Shown here in pieces: positions 36,134-44,916 of a stretch of 64,000 nucleotides of DNA (within the stretch, counting starts at the first letter, position 1; each line of letters begins with the position of its first letter). The stretch covers positions 16,164 to 80,163 of the forward strand of contig CAMCFN010000006.1 of the NCBI GenBank assembly GCA_945874145.1, written 5' to 3'. The notes below the pieces were generated by a model, which ran no database searches, was not told the DNA's origin, and worked only from the letters and a program-made list of their open reading frames with translations. The DNA is from Akkermansia muciniphila (GTDB taxonomy: Bacteria; Verrucomicrobiota; Verrucomicrobiia; Limisphaerales; SXTU01). Made by a program: the position numbers and the translations under genes.

Positions 36134-37012
36134 CTACGCCCCCCACCGCGCCAGCCGTTGCCGCAGCTTCTTCACGTGCGAAAACTTCGGCGTGATGGGC
36201 GGAAAATCCTTAAGCATCTGCTCGACCGTCGGCACCGCGCCCCACGCCGTCACGGTAAACATCTCGAACGCGTGCTGCGACTTGAAGCCGAGTTCCTGAT
36301 TCTGCCGCAGGAAGCGTGCGCGCAGCACCGCTTTCCACTCCTCGCGGTTCTGCGGCGCGGCCATCTTGTGCCGGCCCACCCAAGGAATCCACTCGACGAT
36401 TTGTGACTGGTGGCACCACGTCATGTCGCAGATGGCTTCGAACGCCGCCTCCACGTCCACCGCGAGGTCGTGTGCGTTCTCACCGAACTGGTAGGTGTCG
36501 TAGGTGTTCAGGATGACCGGCACCTTCACTTGCGTGGACTTCGTCTCGTCCGCCGGATACTCAGGCGTGAAGGCGTGCGGGACGTTAATCATGTAAGCCA
36601 CCTCGCGCACCGCTGTGGCGACGGCGACATGGTCCACATGAATGCCCGCGCGCGGATCACTCGCAACGGGCGGGCAGAAAAGGTAGTCCGGCTCGAAGTC
36701 GCGAATCGCCTTCCACAGCGCCGCGAGCAAATCCGTCGTCACCCGCAAGCACGCCTCGCGGGGAATCTGGCCGTTCGGCAAACGCAGCGGCTCGAACTGA
36801 AACTCGCCAATCGCCGCCGCTGCCGCCTGTTCGCGCAATCGCAGCGCGCCCGTTTCCTCGCGCGTGCGGAAGTGATGCCCCGCCTTGCCGTCCGTGCAGA
36901 CGACCACCTTCGCCGTGAAGTCCGCGCCGAGCTTGCGCCGCCACAGTTCGAACGTCCCGGCGGCGGTGAACTCGTAGTCGTCGTGGTGCGCGTGTAAGAA
37001 GAGAACTTTCAT
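36134..37012 (-). CDS. PIG-L/LmbE family deacetylase
   Basis: MKVLFLHAHHDDYEFTAAGT (AHPDDE-like metal site) and an internal HVDH motif. Confidence 0.8.
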   Translation of the reverse strand: MKVLFLHAHHDDYEFTAAGTFELWRRKLGADFTAKVVVCTDGKAGHHFRTREETGALRLREQAAAAAIGEFQFEPLRLPNGQIPREACLRVTTDLLAALWKAIRDFEPDYLFCPPVASDPRAGIHVDHVAVATAVREVAYMINVPHAFTPEYPADETKSTQVKVPVILNTYDTYQFGENAHDLAVDVEAAFEAICDMTWCHQSQIVEWIPWVGRHKMAAPQNREEWKAVLRARFLRQNQELGFKSQHAFEMFTVTAWGAVPTVEQMLKDFPPITPKFSHVKKLRQRLARWGA

Positions 37013-37132
37013 GATGAACCCGGACTGCGGGTGGCGAAGCTTGGGCTAGGCTCGCATAACTGGAAAGCCCCGACCGTTGGCCACGCGGACTTTTCCTCGC
37101 CTTGCGCCAGCGGCTCCCGTATCCAGACCCCC

Positions 37133-38377
37133 ATGCACCTGCTCGTGCGGATTGCCGCCCTGAACCTCCTCCTCGTCCCCCCTGCCCTGCCCGCCGCCGA
37201 CTGGCCCCAATACCTCGGCCCCACTCGCAACGCCGCCTACGCCGGCAACGACCTCGCCGACACTTGGCCCAAGGAAGGCCCACCCGTCGCGTGGCAGAAA
37301 AAACTCGGCACCGGCTGGGCTGGGCCCGTGGCAGCGAGCGGCAAGGCCATCCTCTTCCATCGCGTCGCAAACGAGGAGGTCGTCGAATGCCTCGACGCCA
37401 AGACCGGCAAGGAACTCTGGAAGCAACCCTTCCCCACCCGCTACACCGACAACTTCGGCTTCGACAACGGCCCCCGCGCCACGCCGTGCATCGCCGACGG
37501 ACGCGTCTTCGTCTTCGGCGCGAACGGCAACTTGCACGCCCTCGACTTCGCCACCGGCAAGCCCCTGTGGAGCGTGGACACACAAAAGGACTTCGGTGCC
37601 GACAAAGGCTTCTTCGGCTTCGCGTGCTCCCCGCTCGTGGAGGGGAAAATGTTGCTCGTGAACGTCGGCGGGAAAAGCGGCGCGGGCATCGTCGCCTTCG
37701 ACACCGGCACCGGGAAAGTTCTCTGGCAAGCCCCCGACGACGAGGCCAGCTACTCCTCGCCCATCGCCGCAAACATTTCCGGCCAGCGCCACGCCCTCTT
37801 CTTCGCGCGGCACAAGCTCGTCTCCCTCGATCCCGTGAATGGCAAGGTGCGCTTCACCTTCCCGTGGGGGCCGAAGATGCAGGCGTCCGTCAGCGCCGCC
37901 GTGCCCGTGGTGAGTGGCGATACCGTGTTCATCTCGGCAGGCTACGGCGCGGGCGCGGCGTTGCTGCGCGTGAAGGCCGGCGGTGTGGAGAAAGTCTGGT
38001 CCGGGGAGGAACAACTCACCGCCCAATACGTCACCCCCGTCCTGCGCGATGGCTTCCTCTACGGCTTCGAGGGCCGCGTGGACACCGGCCCCCGGCCCGA
38101 GCTGCGCTGCGTGGAACTCGCCACCGGCCAAGTGCGCTGGAGCACCGACAAAGTCGCGCACGGCGGCATCGTCCTCGCGGCCGGCGACCTCCTCATCACC
38201 GCCGACAGCGGCGAACTCCTGCGCGTGGCCGCCGACCCGAAAGCCTTCGTGGAAAAAGCCCGCGCCCAAATCCTCGGTCGCGAAGGCCGCGCCCAGCCCG
38301 CCCTCGCCGACGGCCTGCTCCTCGCGCGCGATAAGACCAAGCTCGTGGCGGTGGACCTGCGTAAACGCCCCGAATGA
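37133..38377 (+). CDS. PQQ-like (BamB-type) beta-propeller repeat protein, secreted
   Basis: Signal MHLLVRIAALNLLLVPPALPAA followed by DWPQYLGPTRNA and repeated G.VF..G..G.L.ALD..TGK..W blades. Start trimmed to the ATG at 37133. Confidence 0.8.
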   Translation: MHLLVRIAALNLLLVPPALPAADWPQYLGPTRNAAYAGNDLADTWPKEGPPVAWQKKLGTGWAGPVAASGKAILFHRVANEEVVECLDAKTGKELWKQPFPTRYTDNFGFDNGPRATPCIADGRVFVFGANGNLHALDFATGKPLWSVDTQKDFGADKGFFGFACSPLVEGKMLLVNVGGKSGAGIVAFDTGTGKVLWQAPDDEASYSSPIAANISGQRHALFFARHKLVSLDPVNGKVRFTFPWGPKMQASVSAAVPVVSGDTVFISAGYGAGAALLRVKAGGVEKVWSGEEQLTAQYVTPVLRDGFLYGFEGRVDTGPRPELRCVELATGQVRWSTDKVAHGGIVLAAGDLLITADSGELLRVAADPKAFVEKARAQILGREGRAQPALADGLLLARDKTKLVAVDLRKRPE

Positions 38378-38394
38378 AGGCACGGGCGGCGAAG

Positions 38395-38426
38395 CCTCCC
38401 CTTCTCCCTCCGAGGGAGAGGGAGGG
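38395..38426. repeat. CT/GA-rich hairpin CCTCCCCTTCTCCCTC-cg-AGGGAGAGGGAGGG between convergent genes
   Basis: Read directly, 18 nt after the 37133-38377 stop. Related GGGGAGAAGG/CCCTCTCCCC arms occur at 46899-46982. Confidence 0.65.
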
Positions 38427-38458
38427 CGCTCCGCGGCTCGTTCGTATATCCGCAAGGC

Positions 38459-39856
38459 TCACTTCGCCGCCGCCACATCGGTCACGGCGTGCCAGATGAA
38501 CTCCATGAACTGGCCCAGGCCCTTCACGTTGATGCGCTCGTCGTTGCCGTGCATGCCGGTGACTTCCTTGTCCGAGTAAACGGTCCCGACGCCGTAGGCT
38601 TGCACGCCCTTGGCGCGGAGTTGCGCGGAGTCGGTCGCGCCCACGACCATCATGGGCATGGTGATGGCGCCGGGGAACTGCCGCTTCTGCGAGCGTTCGA
38701 GCGCGCCGAACATCTCGTTGTCGTGCCTAGAGGGCACGGCGGTGGGGCGGCCACCCACGGGCGGGACGACCTCGATTTGCGGGTCGTTGATGACTTTGCG
38801 CAGCGCGGCGGCGAGGCGCTCGACGTCTTCATCGGGTAGCGCGCGGACGTCAATTTGCGCGAGGGCGTCGCCGGGGATGACGTTGATGCGGAAGCCGCCC
38901 TTGATGATGGTGGGCACGAGCGTGGTGCGGGTCATGGCGTGGTAGGTGCCGAAGTTCAGGCGCAACTTTTCTTGGACCAAGCTGCCCACGGTGGGGTCGT
39001 CGAGGTGCGTGAAGAGAAAGGCGTCGGGCGCGGGGCTGATGGTGGCGAGGCGTTTGAAGAACTCGCGGGTGGTGTCGTTGAGGCGCATGGGGGCCTGCCA
39101 CTCGCCGACCTTCGCGACGGCGGCGCAGAGGTGAACGATGGCGTTGTCGGGGCGCGGGCGGGAGCCGTGGCCGCTGGTGCCGCGAGCCGAGATGAGGAAG
39201 GGGCGCGGGACTTTCTCCGTGGTGGAGACGCCGACGTAGGTGACCTTGCCGCCGACTTCGTGGATGCGCCCGCCTTCGTTGAGGGCGTATTCGCAGGCAA
39301 TCTTGTCCCAGTGCTTGGCGACCAGGAAATCAATACCGACGTGCGTGGTGCCCTCCTCGCCGGACTCCGCGAGGAAGATGATGTCGCGGTCGAGGGGGAC
39401 TTTGTGCCGGTGGAGGAGGAGGAAGATTTCGAGGAAGGCGCTGGTCATGCCCTTGTCGTCGAGCGCGCCGCGGCCATAGACCCAGCCGTCCTTCACCATC
39501 CCAGCGAACGGCTCGACGGTCCACTTCTCGCGCTCGACGCCGACTACGTCCGTGTGGCCCATGAGCAGGAGTGGCTTTTTCTTGCCGTTGCCCTTGATGC
39601 GCGCGACGAGGCTGCCGCGCGCGGGTTCGAGCGCGAGGATTTCGCTGGGGATACCCTCGCGGTCGAGGAGGGCTTTGAGGAACTGCGCGCCGCGCGTCTC
39701 GTTGCCGGGTGGGTTGACCGTGTCCACGCGGATGAAGGCGGAGAGATTAGTGATGGTTTCGTTGAGCGCGGCGGGGAAGTTCGGCTGCGGCAGCGGCGCG
39801 GCGGACAGATGGGTGGCAAGCGCGATGCCCAGAACGAGGAGAAGCAAGCGTTTCAT
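38459..39856 (-). CDS. M20-family metallopeptidase, secreted
   Basis: Signal MKRLLLLVLGIALATHLSAA. LLLMGHTDVV, GRGALDDKG and ESGEE motifs. Start trimmed to the ATG at 39854-39856. Confidence 0.88.
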   Translation of the reverse strand: MKRLLLLVLGIALATHLSAAPLPQPNFPAALNETITNLSAFIRVDTVNPPGNETRGAQFLKALLDREGIPSEILALEPARGSLVARIKGNGKKKPLLLMGHTDVVGVEREKWTVEPFAGMVKDGWVYGRGALDDKGMTSAFLEIFLLLHRHKVPLDRDIIFLAESGEEGTTHVGIDFLVAKHWDKIACEYALNEGGRIHEVGGKVTYVGVSTTEKVPRPFLISARGTSGHGSRPRPDNAIVHLCAAVAKVGEWQAPMRLNDTTREFFKRLATISPAPDAFLFTHLDDPTVGSLVQEKLRLNFGTYHAMTRTTLVPTIIKGGFRINVIPGDALAQIDVRALPDEDVERLAAALRKVINDPQIEVVPPVGGRPTAVPSRHDNEMFGALERSQKRQFPGAITMPMMVVGATDSAQLRAKGVQAYGVGTVYSDKEVTGMHGNDERINVKGLGQFMEFIWHAVTDVAAAK

Positions 39857-39946
39857 GTGTGGAAGCTGGCGGAGGTGGTAGCCCAGCAGACCGAGCGGGG
39901 CAAGCGGAGGATTGGTGGACAAGAGTGTCCACCTCACAGCCTCGCG

Positions 39947-41287
39947 CTACTGCCGCAAGTCGGCACAGAGGAGTTCGCGGTCGTTGCGGGCGAAGATGTG
40001 GCCGTTGGCGTAGGCGGGATGGGCCCACACGACGTCGCGTCCCTGATACGAAAGCGTCGGCGCAAGGAGTTTGCAGCGGCTGATCTCCTGCGGGCCGGCG
40101 GGACTGAGGCGCACGATGAGGAGATCGCCGTTCTCGTGGCTGAGGAAGAAGCGGTCACCTTGCTTCACGAGGTGGGCGGTGGCGCATTCGAGTTCCTCGC
40201 CGCGCGTGAGGAGGGCGGTGTTTTCCCAGACGCGCGCGCCGGTGTCAGCGCGGAGGGCACGGAACTGGCCGTGGTTGCAGACGCCGTAGATGTGGCCGGC
40301 TTCGAGGAAGGGCGTGGTCATCAGGGCGTTCAGGTGCGTGGTGTCTTTCTCGCTGATCTTGAGGGTTTGCCACAGGACGGAGGCCCCGGGTGGCTGGGCC
40401 TCGAGGCGGACCATCAAGGAGCCGTTGTAGAAGGAGGAGACGTAGAGCAGGTCGCCGAGCTGGCGGGGCATGGTGATGGAGACGGCCTGGCGGATGGGCG
40501 CGGGAATGGTCCAGAGAAGTTTGCCGGTCTCGGGGTCGAGGGCGTTGAGCGCCTCGGCGTGCCAGATGATGAGCTGGCGGCGGCCGGCGTGCTCGATGAT
40601 GACGGGCGGGGCGTAGCCGGGTTCCTTCGCGGAGAGCGCGCGCCAAAGTTCCTTGCCGGTGTCCTTGTGGAAGGCGACGGCCACGGAACCTTTGCCACCG
40701 ACGAGGCAGATGAGTTTGTCGCCGTCGAGCAACGGATGCGCGGCGAAGCCCCACAGCGGGGTCTTCGCGCCGAAGTCCTTTTTCAGTTCGCGCGACCAGA
40801 TGACTTTCCCCTCGCTGGCGCTGAGGCAATGCAGATGTCCCTCGGTGCCGAGCGTGAAGACCTTGCCGTCTGCGGCGACGGGTGTGGCGCGGGGGCCGGA
40901 GTTATAGCTGACGCCGTAGGCAGCGGCGTAGCGGTGCTGCCAGCGGACCGCGCCGGTCTGCTCGTCGAGGCAGAGCACGCGCTCGGTGCCCGGGACCATG
41001 CTGCGGTCGAAGGGATCGTCGTCGTTGACCTTGGCGTTCTTTGCCAATTGCCGGTCGGTGACAAACACGCGGCCACCCGCGACGGCGGGACCGGAGAAAC
41101 CGGGGTCCACCGGCACCCGCCAGCGAACCTTCGGTCCGCCGGCGGGAAACTTCTCCACGATGCCAGCTTCACGCCAAACCGCGTCCCGACGAGGGCCAAG
41201 CCACTGCGGCCAGTCATCCGCACGGAGCACAGACAGGGAAAGGGCAAAGAGCGGAAGCCCGAGCCAAAGCCGTGAAAGGGAGGCCAT
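39947..41287 (-). CDS. PQQ-like (BamB-type) beta-propeller repeat protein, secreted
   Basis: Signal MASLSRLWLGLPLFALSLSVLRA followed by DDWPQWLGPRRDA. Paralogous to 37133-38377. Confidence 0.8.
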   Translation of the reverse strand: MASLSRLWLGLPLFALSLSVLRADDWPQWLGPRRDAVWREAGIVEKFPAGGPKVRWRVPVDPGFSGPAVAGGRVFVTDRQLAKNAKVNDDDPFDRSMVPGTERVLCLDEQTGAVRWQHRYAAAYGVSYNSGPRATPVAADGKVFTLGTEGHLHCLSASEGKVIWSRELKKDFGAKTPLWGFAAHPLLDGDKLICLVGGKGSVAVAFHKDTGKELWRALSAKEPGYAPPVIIEHAGRRQLIIWHAEALNALDPETGKLLWTIPAPIRQAVSITMPRQLGDLLYVSSFYNGSLMVRLEAQPPGASVLWQTLKISEKDTTHLNALMTTPFLEAGHIYGVCNHGQFRALRADTGARVWENTALLTRGEELECATAHLVKQGDRFFLSHENGDLLIVRLSPAGPQEISRCKLLAPTLSYQGRDVVWAHPAYANGHIFARNDRELLCADLRQ

Positions 41288-41435
41288 GCCCGTGTGATAA
41301 AGGAACGGCGCGCGGGAGGCAATGCCGTGTGCAACCCCGGGCAGCAGCCGCCCTGCGAAACTTCCGCTTGTTTCGGTGCGGGGGCCTACCTACCTTCCGC
41401 GCACGCGAGATGATGAAGCTGCCAGCCCAGGCTGA

Positions 41436-42104
41436 ATGATCGAACTAATCCAGTTTCCTTGGAGTCCGTTTTGCATCGTGCAACGACGCATCCTGGAGTT
41501 CTCAGGCACGCGTTTCAAAACCACGAACATTCCGAACACGGATCGTTCGCTCGTGTGGAAACTCACCCGCGGGCAATCCTACCAAGTGCCGGTTCTCCGC
41601 GATGGCCGGCACGTGGTGTTTGAGGCGGCGGAAGATTCACAGGCGATTGCCGAACATCTCGATCAGAAGCTGGAGCTGGGGCTTTTCCCAGCCCAATGGC
41701 GCGGCTTGCAGACGGTTCTCTGGCGGCATATCGAGGATGAAATCGAAGGCCTCGGCTTCAAGCTCAACGACATTTATTTCGAGGAGTTCATCCCCGCCAA
41801 GGAACGGTTGGCCTTCGTGCGGCACAAGGAACGGAAGTTCGGGCGCGGCTGCCTGGCGCACTGGCGAGCCGGACAAGCCGAGCTGCTCCAGCAGTTGGCG
41901 GCGAGCCTCGGCCCCTACGAGCAGATGCTTCTGAACCGGTCCTTCCTGTTGGATGAGCGCCCGCGTTTTGTGGACTTCGACCTCTACGGGGTGCTGGGAA
42001 ATTTCATGGCGTCCGGCCACTACGAATTTCCCGCTGCCCACGCGGAGATGCGCAAATGGTATTCCCGCATGACCACGGTGCGGGCCGGTGACTTTTCTAG
42101 CTGA
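41436..42104 (+). CDS. glutathione S-transferase-like protein
   Basis: Thioredoxin-like N-domain (IELIQFPWSPFCIVQRRILE...QVPVLRDG) and a helical C-domain. Family-level call only. Confidence 0.6.
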   Translation: MIELIQFPWSPFCIVQRRILEFSGTRFKTTNIPNTDRSLVWKLTRGQSYQVPVLRDGRHVVFEAAEDSQAIAEHLDQKLELGLFPAQWRGLQTVLWRHIEDEIEGLGFKLNDIYFEEFIPAKERLAFVRHKERKFGRGCLAHWRAGQAELLQQLAASLGPYEQMLLNRSFLLDERPRFVDFDLYGVLGNFMASGHYEFPAAHAEMRKWYSRMTTVRAGDFSS

Positions 42105-42192
42105 TGCTGCCCTCCACTTTCGCCGCCACCCGCCCGATTCCGGCAGCGCCACCGGTTGAAGGTGTGGTGGCCCAACGCTTTGTTACAACCCT

Positions 42193-43500
42193 GTGAAAAA
42201 CTACATCCTCGACACCAACGTCCTCCTCCACGACCCCAACTCGCTCCTTAATTTCAAGGAGAACCAAGTCCTCCTGCCGATTGAAGTCGTGGAGGAAATC
42301 GACCGATTCAAACGCGACCCCAGCGAGCTGGGCCAGAACGCACGCACCGTCTCCCGCATGCTGGACAGCCTGCGCGGCACCGGGCGTTTGAGCGAAGGCG
42401 TCGTGCTCTCGAACGGCGGCCATCTGCGCATCTTGTTGCAAGAAGGAAAGCATGACCAGGCCGTCGTCCACAGCAGCGTGCAGAATGTGGACAACCGAAT
42501 CCTCGCGCAGGCCCTGCTGGTGAAGCAGGCCAGTCCCGAGCGCGCTACGGTGCTGGTCAGCAAGGACATCAACCTCCGCATCAAGGCCGACGCGCACGGC
42601 CTCGCCGCCGAGGACTATGAAACCGACCGCGTGCGCCTACAGGATTTGTATTCGGGCAAGGTGGACCTACCGGTGACGCCCGAGCAGGTGGCGCAGTTCC
42701 GCACGCACGGAGAACTGGCCTTGCCGACCGACCGCCAGTATTTCCCCAATGAGTATTGCACTTTGGTGGAGGCGAACCCCAAGCGCACCATCCTCGCCAA
42801 AGTGGATCCCACCGGCAAGAAACTGGTGCCGCTCATCGACACGCGGGAAGGCGTCTGGGGCATCAAACCTCGCAACCGCGAGCAGCACTTCGCCCTCGAC
42901 GCGCTGCTGGACGACCGCATCAAACTCGTCACGCTGATGGGCAAGGCCGGCACGGGCAAGACGCTGATGGCCATGGCGGCGGGCTTGCAGCGCACCGTGG
43001 TGGACCGTGAGTTCCGTCGGCTCGTGGTCGCCCGACCGACCATCTCGATGGGCAAGGAGCTGGGTTTCCTGCCGGGTTCGCTAGAGGAAAAACTCGGTCC
43101 GTGGATGCAGCCAATCCACGACGCTTTGGAGTTGCTCAGCGACCTCAACATGGGCAACGAGCACCGCCGCAGCAGCGACCTACTCCGCTCCGGCACCATC
43201 GTCGTCGAAGCCCTCAGCTACATCCGCGGGCGCAGCATCACCAACCAGTTCCTGATCATTGACGAAGCGCAGAACCTCACGCCGCTGGAGGTGAAGACCA
43301 TCATCACCCGGGTGGGCAACGGCACGAAGATCATCCTCGCCGGTGACCCCTACCAGATCGACAATCCCTACGTGGATAGCTCGTCCAACGGCTTCAACTA
43401 TATCGTGAGCAAGTTCCGGGATCATGCCATCGCGGCGCACGCCGAGCTTCAGCGCGGCGAACGCTCGGAACTCGCGGAACTGGCGGCCAATATCCTGTGA
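42193..43500 (+). CDS. PhoH-like ATPase with N-terminal PIN domain (PhoH2/YlaK type)
   Basis: PIN: YILDTNVLLHDP...VLLPIEVVEEID. PhoH: LMGKAGTGKTLMA...IIDEAQNLTP...KIILAGDPYQID. GTG start at 42193. Confidence 0.9.
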   Translation: MKNYILDTNVLLHDPNSLLNFKENQVLLPIEVVEEIDRFKRDPSELGQNARTVSRMLDSLRGTGRLSEGVVLSNGGHLRILLQEGKHDQAVVHSSVQNVDNRILAQALLVKQASPERATVLVSKDINLRIKADAHGLAAEDYETDRVRLQDLYSGKVDLPVTPEQVAQFRTHGELALPTDRQYFPNEYCTLVEANPKRTILAKVDPTGKKLVPLIDTREGVWGIKPRNREQHFALDALLDDRIKLVTLMGKAGTGKTLMAMAAGLQRTVVDREFRRLVVARPTISMGKELGFLPGSLEEKLGPWMQPIHDALELLSDLNMGNEHRRSSDLLRSGTIVVEALSYIRGRSITNQFLIIDEAQNLTPLEVKTIITRVGNGTKIILAGDPYQIDNPYVDSSSNGFNYIVSKFRDHAIAAHAELQRGERSELAELAANIL

Positions 43501-43750
43501 ACGGCCCAATTGACGCTCCCACCAAGCCCCTCAAGCAACGGCCGTTGCCGGCAATTCCTCGGCGGTCAAGGGTTGCCGGGAAGAGGAGTTGTGACCTCCT
43601 TTTTGCGCCGCCAAACATCGCTCAATATTTTTGTGGCGCAAAAAGTCGCCTTTGCTACATTCGCGCACTCTTTTGCGGGCGGGCGGATTCCGCAGCGTTG
43701 GTGGGCGGTGAACCCCGCGCAATGTAGTCGGACCCGCACAGCAGGCATTT

Positions 43751-44377
43751 GTGACCAAAACGAACATGACAAAGTCGAAACCGGCGGCTCCGAGAAAGCC
43801 GACCAAGCCCACCGGCAAGGCCGTTGGGTCGGCCACCCTTGCGGCCATCCTAGGCAAAGCATCGTCCCAGAAGCAGCCACAGACCATGGTGTGGACCCCG
43901 AGTGGAAAGATGAAAATCAAGCCGGAGTGGCAGGGCTACTACAACACTTTGATTTCCCTGCGCGAGCGGTTACAGCTCCAGATGAGCGGGTTGGCGAAGG
44001 AATCCGCCACCCAGATGGAAAGCTACAGCCTGCACATGGGTGATTCAGGCACGGACAACTTCGACCGGGACTTCGCCTTGAGCCTGCTGTCTTCCGATCA
44101 GGATGCCATCTACGAGATTGAGGAAGCCCTCAAGCGCATCGAGAAGGACACCTTCGGCGTTTGCGAACTGACCTCCAAGCCGATCCCCAAAGCCCGGCTT
44201 GAGGCCATTCCGTGGACCCGGTTCACCTTGGAAGCCCAAGCCCAGCTCGAACGCGAAGGCGCTCTCCGTCAGAAGCGTTTGGGAGCCCTCGGCACCATGG
44301 AAGCCACCAGCACAGCAGAAATTGACGACAGCGATGTCGAGGAATCCGACGAGAAGCCCGCAAAGGAAAAGGAATAA
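43751..44377 (+). CDS. DksA/TraR-family protein with degenerate (C-x2-T ... T-x2-A) zinc finger
   Basis: GDSGTDNFDRDFALSLLSSDQDAIYEIEEALKRIEKDTFGVCELTSKPIPKARLEAIPWTRFTLEAQ aligns to the DksA/TraR C-terminal half, but three of four Cys are replaced. Basic ~60-aa N-extension. Start is GTG 43751 or ATG 43766. Confidence 0.75.
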   Translation: MTKTNMTKSKPAAPRKPTKPTGKAVGSATLAAILGKASSQKQPQTMVWTPSGKMKIKPEWQGYYNTLISLRERLQLQMSGLAKESATQMESYSLHMGDSGTDNFDRDFALSLLSSDQDAIYEIEEALKRIEKDTFGVCELTSKPIPKARLEAIPWTRFTLEAQAQLEREGALRQKRLGALGTMEATSTAEIDDSDVEESDEKPAKEKE

Positions 44378-44384
44378 GTAATTT

Positions 44385-44552
44385 ATGGCCCGTGAAATTG
44401 TAACCATCGAATGCACCGAAGCGCGTAAGGAAGGCAAATCCCCTTCCCGCTATCAAACCTCGCGCAACAAGAAGCTCCAGCAGGAAAAGGTGGAGAAAAA
44501 GAAATACAACCCCGCCCTCCGCCGCCACACTGTGCACCGCGAAATCAAATAA
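44385..44552 (+). CDS. rpmG: 50S ribosomal protein L33 (Cys-less, non-zinc-ribbon form)
   Basis: Below the ORF-track size cutoff; translated by hand: [55 protein letters not shown]. The L33 pattern (Y.T.KNK......K.E.KKY.P..R.H..H.E.K) is present. Only one Cys. Confidence 0.85.
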   Translation: MAREIVTIECTEARKEGKSPSRYQTSRNKKLQQEKVEKKKYNPALRRHTVHREIK

Positions 44553-44558
44553 CCATCT

Positions 44559-44810
44559 ATGCCCCGCAAGACCCACACCGACAAGAAAGACGCCAAAGGC
44601 CGCACCACCGAGCGCCGAGCGCCCCGCCCGAAGCCGAAAATCGACTTCACCGTGGACGCCTTGGACTACAAGAACGTCAACCTGCTCAAGCAGTTCATCA
44701 CCGACAACGGTCGCATCCTGCCGCGCAAATACACCAATCTGCCGGCGCATTATCAGCGCCGCATGACCACCGCCATCAAGCGGGCGCGTCAGATGCTGCT
44801 GATGAAGTAG
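44559..44810 (+). CDS. rpsR: 30S ribosomal protein S18
   Basis: IDYKNVNLLKQFITDNGRILPRKYTNLPAHYQRRMTTAIKRARQMLLM is the canonical S18 core. Confidence 0.93.
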   Translation: MPRKTHTDKKDAKGRTTERRAPRPKPKIDFTVDALDYKNVNLLKQFITDNGRILPRKYTNLPAHYQRRMTTAIKRARQMLLMK

Positions 44811-44826
44811 CCCCACCGATCTATCC

Positions 44827-44864
44827 GCCCGCCCGCCCTGAAGCCGGGCGGGCTTTTTCTTTTC
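44827..44864 (+). terminator. rho-independent terminator after rpsR
   Basis: GCCCGCCCG (44827-35) - ccctgaagc - CGGGCGGGC (44845-53), followed by TTTTTCTTTT. Confidence 0.75.
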
Positions 44865-44870
44865 CTGGTC

Positions 44871-44885
44871 TGCAAATCGTTTGCA
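44871..44885. promoter_or_regulatory. perfect 6-3-6 palindrome TGCAAAtcgTTTGCA upstream of znuA; candidate Fur/Zur-family operator overlapping a putative -35
   Basis: Read directly. TTGCAC (44881-86) - 17 nt - TATTGC (44904-09) could be a sigma70-like promoter ending 7 nt before the znuA ATG at 44917. Function is inferred only. Confidence 0.35.
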
Positions 44886-44916
44886 CGAAGGCTCTCAGCG
44901 CGCTATTGCTCTGCAC

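Noticed and set aside
36657-37772. 371-aa Arg-rich minus-strand ORF
   Set aside because: It overlaps the PIG-L gene out of frame and is antisense to the beta-propeller gene. Its extreme Arg/Ser/Cys/Trp content marks it as non-coding.
39880-39915. Hairpin GGTGGACAagagTGTCCACC downstream of the 39947-41287 gene as an intrinsic terminator
   Set aside because: It has an 8-bp stem but no U-tract on the transcribed (minus) strand. This is insufficient for a terminator call.
38855-41275. 806-aa plus-strand ORF
   Set aside because: It is antisense to the M20 peptidase and a beta-propeller gene and crosses their intergenic spacer. It is a shadow ORF.
44559-44810. Calling S18 a zinc-independent (C-) paralogue
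   Set aside because: Many canonical S18 proteins lack Cys anyway. Without the rest of the genome I cannot tell whether this is an alternative or the sole copy, so only its location is noted.
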